Assembly (NCBI GenBank): GCA_903842345.1
Contig: CAIMLR010000017.1
Span: forward strand, 33,960 to 97,959
DNA: 64,000 bases
Direction: 5' to 3'
Origin: an uncultured Myxococcales bacterium
GTDB taxonomy: Bacteria; Myxococcota_A; UBA9042
Positions 59,231 to 64,000 of this stretch are shown here, in pieces. Position 1 is the stretch's first letter, and each line of letters starts with the position of its first letter. Under the pieces are notes generated by a model, which was not told the origin of the DNA, did not search any database, and worked only from the letters and a program-made list of their open reading frames with translations. The position numbers and the translations under genes were made by a program.

Positions 59231-60418
59231 CTATCGAAGAATAGCCCTGATCTGGCCAAGCTTTTGCTCAGCGGTCTGTTCCTCATCCGAAAAAAGGCGC
59301 ACACGCGGCAAGAGCGCCGCAACTTCTTCCTGCGAGGCGCGGTCGCCCATGCAATCTAGGAGACAATCGATCACGCGAGACAACGGACTTCCATCCTTGG
59401 TGTATACCCAGAGCCAGTCCGATTGACGCGGCTTCTCGTTGCCATCCGTGTCCAGCATCCACGTTGGAAAAAATCCGAGCGCTCCGTCGCTGAGTCCTGA
59501 CTCAATTTCCTCCAAGATGCGTTTCCCAAGACGTCCATAGCCGAGTGCGTCGCGAAGTTCACCCAAGTTGAACCTCGCAATGCCGCCCTGTCGCGCGCAT
59601 CGATCGCGTGCCCAAGCGGTCCATTCGGGCGGCGCCTTGCTTGGCGGTGCATCCTCAGCCTCCGGGATTTCCCGCTCGGGATGCACAGTTGGCGCGTTCA
59701 CTGCCGGCGCGGACGCCCCGCCGCTCGCCAGTGACCAAAGCGGCTCGCCGCTATCCCGCGATGTTGAGTCGCCGAGCGCCAGTGCGGGCGATTTGAGCAG
59801 ACAGAGAACGACCAGATTTCGGAGAAATTCAGCAGGACTTGGTTCGAGGCTTTCGCCGGATTCGGAAAGACGTCCAACGACCACTCTTGCGTTCCCGACC
59901 CGCTCAAAGCCGTACTGATCCAAGAGCTCATTCAACTTGGTGTCCCAAGGCTGGCGCTCCTCGTGCCCTCTGAACTGAACCGGAAGAAAGTTCGGGGCGA
60001 TTACACCCCTTCGCGTCGCACCCGGTTCGGTACTCTTGGCAGATACCCGCATCATTGCTGACGTCAGGGGCGTCGAACAAAGCGTTCGGTGCCCGTGCAT
60101 GCACTGGAGATCCAGCGTTCGCGACCCGTTCGCTTCAGCCGAATCACCGCGGCCCAGCCGGACGCTGAGAGTCAGCGAACCATCGCCCCAGTTCGCCGCC
60201 ACAGTCAGTGCCATCGGCCAAACATCAACAGCGCGCGATTCAGAAATATGAGTGAAATTCGATTCGTACTCACCGTGGTGGAGCGCAAAATGCACCATCT
60301 TACCGGCCAACGCGACACTGGACAACGACGTCAGTTCGAGCACGGGGCGCAATGCCACCAGGACTGCCTCATTCGCGTCGACTTCTGTCATACCAAGTCC
60401 TTTCTCAGTTCGCGCCAT
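59231..60418 (-). CDS. Hypothetical protein (395 aa)
   Basis: ORF only. Confidence 0.4.
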   Translation of the reverse strand: MARTEKGLGMTEVDANEAVLVALRPVLELTSLSSVALAGKMVHFALHHGEYESNFTHISESRAVDVWPMALTVAANWGDGSLTLSVRLGRGDSAEANGSRTLDLQCMHGHRTLCSTPLTSAMMRVSAKSTEPGATRRGVIAPNFLPVQFRGHEERQPWDTKLNELLDQYGFERVGNARVVVGRLSESGESLEPSPAEFLRNLVVLCLLKSPALALGDSTSRDSGEPLWSLASGGASAPAVNAPTVHPEREIPEAEDAPPSKAPPEWTAWARDRCARQGGIARFNLGELRDALGYGRLGKRILEEIESGLSDGALGFFPTWMLDTDGNEKPRQSDWLWVYTKDGSPLSRVIDCLLDCMGDRASQEEVAALLPRVRLFSDEEQTAEQKLGQIRAILR

Positions 60419-60490
60419 AGGTGCCCCACGGACGCGAGCATGCTGCCGGATAGGCGCGCGGTCAATGTGCGGACAGCCAGCAACGCCGGA

Positions 60491-60512
60491 GCGTATTTCC
60501 GGTAATATGGCC
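60491..60512. repeat. Short AT-rich motif copy (GCGTATTTCCGGTAATATGGCC)
   Basis: Intergenic. Near reverse complement of the 18159 copy. Confidence 0.45.
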
Positions 60513-60526
60513 TCGGATTCGATTGC

Positions 60527-61372
60527 TCAAAACGCCGCAGGCCAATCTTGGCCCGGCCGCAACGTCGCGTCCCGGAACGCCTTCCGCTGCAACGCCACCA
60601 GCTCTCGCTCGCAAGGCTGTGGCAGCGGCACGTCGGGGTGGCGCATCTGAAGCATGTCCCAGGAGCCCAGCGCCGCCCGCTGCCGCTCAGGGTCGTTGGA
60701 AGTGACCTCGTCAACCAGCCGCTTAAACCGCCGGTAGCCGCCCCGCCCGAACGCAGGTAGCTCGTCCGCGTCGGGGTCGTACGTGCGCAGGCGTCGTACG
60801 CCGGGGCCTACGCGCTGATCGAGGAAGCGCTCGGCATCACGCCATTCCGCATCTTCAAGGTGGCCCTCGCGGCACGCGGCAATGAGCGTGTCGGCGATCC
60901 AGCCGATGAATCCGGACCACGCGCCAAAGAAATTGGAGTCGCGGTACTTTGCCGGCATGCCGATCACGTCGCAAAGGGCGTCGCCATCCAACGGCCGACC
61001 CACGTGCGTACGGCGTCGCTCCAGCACGAACGTCCCGTGAATGCACAGCTTCTCCTGGTTGAAGCGGATGGTCGCCTCAAGATCCAGCTCACGAGCGTAC
61101 CACGCGCCGAGGGCCAGTTGGGTGCGGACCTGGGCGTGCAGCCACGGTACCAGCCCGAACTTCTCGTCCGCCCTGTATGGCGTGGTCTTGTGCCGCCCGA
61201 GCAGTTCGGCGAGCACCGTGAGCGGGACGGGAAACTCCCGGTGCTTCTTTGGTTTTTCCTGGCCTTGTTGCCGCTCTGCTTGTTTGGTGCTCACGGCAAC
61301 CGCAGCGACCACGTGCAGGGCGGGCGACTTGGTGTCGGCGGCTGAAGGCGATGTCGATTGTGGTGCGGTCAT
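60527..61372 (-). CDS. Hypothetical protein
   Basis: The track ORF is 60527..61612. The internal ATG at 61372 (MTAPQSTSPSAAD) removes the overlap with the next gene and a Cys/Arg-rich low-complexity leader. Confidence 0.4.
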   Translation of the reverse strand: MTAPQSTSPSAADTKSPALHVVAAVAVSTKQAERQQGQEKPKKHREFPVPLTVLAELLGRHKTTPYRADEKFGLVPWLHAQVRTQLALGAWYARELDLEATIRFNQEKLCIHGTFVLERRRTHVGRPLDGDALCDVIGMPAKYRDSNFFGAWSGFIGWIADTLIAACREGHLEDAEWRDAERFLDQRVGPGVRRLRTYDPDADELPAFGRGGYRRFKRLVDEVTSNDPERQRAALGSWDMLQMRHPDVPLPQPCERELVALQRKAFRDATLRPGQDWPAAF

Positions 61373-61481
61373 TGTGATCGTCCTTCTGACGCCGTTCGGC
61401 GCCGGCTGGGAGATGTGTTCAATTCGTCCAGACTTACGCGGCCGAAAAAGGCCTCCCGGGCCGCCCGAACGGTGCTGCCAA

Positions 61482-62678
61482 TCATGTCTGCCCGGCACGG
61501 TCGGCCACGACACGCAGGAACACGGTCCGCACCTCAAGAATGCCGGCGCGCATGAGCCGGTCAGACGACGCGTCGATCCGCATGACCCAAGCAGCGCACA
61601 GGCGGTCTTCAACCATCATGAACTGGTGGCCGATCGCGACATCGGCGTCGCACTGCGCCAGCTCTGGTAGTAGCTTCGCGAGCAGATCAAGCCACGCCGC
61701 CATCGCATCCGGTTTGACCGTGAAGAGCACGCGGGTGCTCGCGTGCGTCACCTGCACGGTCTGCACGTCGCACACGCCGGTCTCGTGCAGCGACCTGCAC
61801 ACCTCCGCGGCGATGCGCTCGTACGCGGCGGCCTTGGGCGCGGAAAACCTTGGAGTCGGCGCGGGGGCAAACGTTTCAAGCATCAGTCGCAGCATGGGAT
61901 CTCCCTGAAAGTCGAGCCAGGCCGCGGGTGTGCCCGGCCAGTAGCGCGGCTGGTGTAGTCCGGCGATGTTCTTGGTGGCGGGGCTGACCGCAGCGAGTTT
62001 GCCCGCGACGTCGGGCCATGCGGTTTTCTGGCAGTGGTCCGTGTCCGTCTGGCCGAGGTACCGTTCGCCATGCTTCAACACGAGCGTGAAGAACTTCGGC
62101 GCGCCGGCCTCGTCGGCGAAGGCAGCAAGCGCGTCCGCCTCCTGCTCGTAGCGTGTCGCCGCGGCCGACTCCAGCGCACACTTGAGAAAGCGCTGCTCGT
62201 CGACCTGCCGGCGTCGGGCGCGTTCGTTCTCTGCGTGAAGGCCGGTTTCTTCCCGCGCCAACAGCAGGTAGTCCGCCGTACGCGCGATTTGCGCCCGGTA
62301 AGTATCGATGTCGGCCGTGGCGAAGGGGACGGCTTCCGGTGCGTACGTCAGGCCGCATTGCCGGCACAGGCTGAACAGCGCACAGTGCGCAGCGATGATC
62401 CATCCCCGGCAGATGGGACAGGCCCAGTGGATCGCGTGCTCGGTGGCGCGCTGAAGGGATGTCGTGCCGGCGACGAGCTCCTCGGGTGCGGTTGCGCTGT
62501 GCCGTGTCACGCCCGCGGCGAAGGCGCTCGCGGCCGAGGGTGTCCGGGAGGTGGTCGGGCTTGGCATCGATGTCCACGGTGGCGCGCCTGGTCGTCGCTC
62601 ATTGCGGTCAAACCGGGACGTCGGAGCGACTGCGGGCGGCGGCGATCTGGGGCGACAACCGTGCGAATCGGTCTGCAT
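61482..62678 (-). CDS. Hypothetical protein (398 aa)
   Basis: ORF. Contains a CPICRGW...C..CG Cys cluster. Confidence 0.4.
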   Translation of the reverse strand: MQTDSHGCRPRSPPPAVAPTSRFDRNERRPGAPPWTSMPSPTTSRTPSAASAFAAGVTRHSATAPEELVAGTTSLQRATEHAIHWACPICRGWIIAAHCALFSLCRQCGLTYAPEAVPFATADIDTYRAQIARTADYLLLAREETGLHAENERARRRQVDEQRFLKCALESAAATRYEQEADALAAFADEAGAPKFFTLVLKHGERYLGQTDTDHCQKTAWPDVAGKLAAVSPATKNIAGLHQPRYWPGTPAAWLDFQGDPMLRLMLETFAPAPTPRFSAPKAAAYERIAAEVCRSLHETGVCDVQTVQVTHASTRVLFTVKPDAMAAWLDLLAKLLPELAQCDADVAIGHQFMMVEDRLCAAWVMRIDASSDRLMRAGILEVRTVFLRVVADRAGQT

Positions 62679-62882
62679 GTGTTACCTCGGGTGGTTGCTC
62701 GACTGGGTGAAAGTTTCGCGCATAGTCGTTTGAAATCGATGATAATTCTACCATCGAAGGCCAGCTCAACCAAGCCTATCTGTTCGTCAGGCGGATCCGA
62801 CGCAGTCGCTCGCACAGGTATAACGCAGTGATACCCAGCAACAGCTTGTGCTTGCTCACAAATCCAGTCCCCGGACGCGTCG

Positions 62883-63977
62883 CTACCGACCGCGCTCGGC
62901 ATCGTCGTCCTTGTCGACGTGCGAGAGTGCCGAACGGTAGCGCGGGAGGATACGAGGCAAGAGCATGTCGCGGGCGCGCCGACGGTCGCGTTCTTCAACC
63001 CCTTCTGCTAGAGCAGCGAACGCGGCAGAACGGTCGCGCTGGCCCGACCCCGCACGCTTTCCCGGCGGGTGCAAATCGTCGGGCTGCGGCAGGCACGAAC
63101 TCGACATTTCGATCGGTGGAGCGTCCGAGCTGTCGTTCCAGGCGACGTCGGGACGGTGTTCTTCCTGACGGGCCGCAGCACCAATGGCGACCATCGCTTC
63201 GGCTTTGGACTTCTTTTCCCACGCGATGTGCGGTGGGAAGTCGAACTGCGTCGTCCACTCCTCCACCATGATGGCGTGGACGTCGTCACGTCGGCTCACC
63301 GCGCACGTGATGCTGTCGTGGCAGTCGCGGTACGCGATGTTGGCGGCCTCGCAGCGGTGGCGAACACGCTCCATCCACCTGGCGTCGTCGCGCATGAGCG
63401 CTGGGCCCAACTTCTTGCACATGTGGGGCCCGAAGACCAGATCAGCCGTGAGCGTGTCGACCACTTGTTCGATCCGCGCCCGCGACCAGAACGGCTTCTG
63501 CTTCAAATCGTTCGGGTTGGTGAGTTGACCTGGAGGACACAGGCCGCCCGCGCTAGGGTCGTCGTACGAAATACGAGCCAGCGCGCTGATCGCGGATTCG
63601 CGACTGCGGGCGTTCAGGCAGACCGAGAACCCCAGCTTCCACTGCTTGCGGATGACCGCGGGCGCGAGCCAGGCGGCCAGCACGGCATCGTCAATCTCTC
63701 GGCCGGCCAACGCGGTCAGCAGGCTTTGCCGGAGCGCTTCCGGCTTGTCCAACTCCCGCTGGGCATACGATCCGTACACATCGTCGTCGTACTCGGCGAT
63801 CGAGCGGCCCGCGCGCGCCAGCAGAATTGTCGGGTGCGTGCACGCGATGTCGCCGGTGTCCGTCCCTTCGCCGTTGACAGTGTAGGCGGCGAGCAAGTCC
63901 TTGTTGATGTTCTGGCCGCCGAAGTAGAAGCGACCATGCTGTTCCAGCGTATCATCGCGGAATACGCGATGGCTCAT
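62883..63977 (-). CDS. Hypothetical protein (364 aa)
   Basis: ORF only. Confidence 0.4.
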   Translation of the reverse strand: MSHRVFRDDTLEQHGRFYFGGQNINKDLLAAYTVNGEGTDTGDIACTHPTILLARAGRSIAEYDDDVYGSYAQRELDKPEALRQSLLTALAGREIDDAVLAAWLAPAVIRKQWKLGFSVCLNARSRESAISALARISYDDPSAGGLCPPGQLTNPNDLKQKPFWSRARIEQVVDTLTADLVFGPHMCKKLGPALMRDDARWMERVRHRCEAANIAYRDCHDSITCAVSRRDDVHAIMVEEWTTQFDFPPHIAWEKKSKAEAMVAIGAAARQEEHRPDVAWNDSSDAPPIEMSSSCLPQPDDLHPPGKRAGSGQRDRSAAFAALAEGVEERDRRRARDMLLPRILPRYRSALSHVDKDDDAERGR

Positions 63978-64000
63978 CCGGCAGGTTGCCGGCTCGATCT

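Overview
This is a 64 kb, high-GC (roughly 68-70%) window with Myxococcota-like hallmarks (Myxococcus-type Cys-rich CxDGNxCTxDxC repeats, FGE domain, Kazal lipoproteins). It is dominated by a dense antiviral defence island, followed by accessory DNA with cassette-like organisation.

(1) 382-18157: a complete, translationally coupled type 2 BREX (Pgl) operon, pglW (NERD plus tandem kinase) - pglX (N6-adenine methyltransferase, NPPY) - pglY (P-loop ATPase) - pglZ (alkaline-phosphatase fold) - brxD - brxHI (Lhr-like helicase).

(2) 18190-20188 (minus strand): a split GmrSD-like type IV restriction pair (DUF262 protein plus separate HNH nuclease), convergent on BREX.

(3) 21800-26502: a WYL/HTH (BrxR/CapW-like) regulator, then a tandem AAA+ ATPase, then a calcineurin-like metallophosphoesterase, then an NTase-fold (AbiEii-like) protein. 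This is a candidate uncharacterised defence module.

(4) 26726-29342: a Bil-like ubiquitin-like conjugation operon. The Ubl ends in GG-SK. The E2 has an HPH..C UBC-like active-site motif and a long N-terminal extension. The JAB/JAMM peptidase carries E...HxHx7Sx2D. The E1 is ThiF-like. An internal perfect hairpin, a 33-aa hydrophobic peptide, a 132-aa unknown and a Rad52-family protein also sit here.

(5) 32581-39520: four copies (one truncated) of a ~350-400 bp repeat, each immediately upstream of a different cargo gene (a 1261-aa orphan, a low-GC ORF, a GNAT). One copy abuts a Cys-rich gene fragment.

(6) 39967-64000: an HDAC-like gene; a 1958-aa Myxo-Cys-repeat/FGE lipoprotein; an XRE regulator; a Kazal lipoprotein with an S74-like C-terminus; a 3-gene operon of unknowns divergent from an ADP-ribosylglycohydrolase; a dual-specificity phosphatase; a YqaJ-like exonuclease; an ankyrin protein; and several hypotheticals.

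An AT-rich ~20-nt motif (GTATTT..GTGATAC family) recurs at 12 or more sites, mostly just after stop codons. No rRNA, tRNA or CRISPR array was found. Many long antisense ORFs in the track are GC-bias artefacts.
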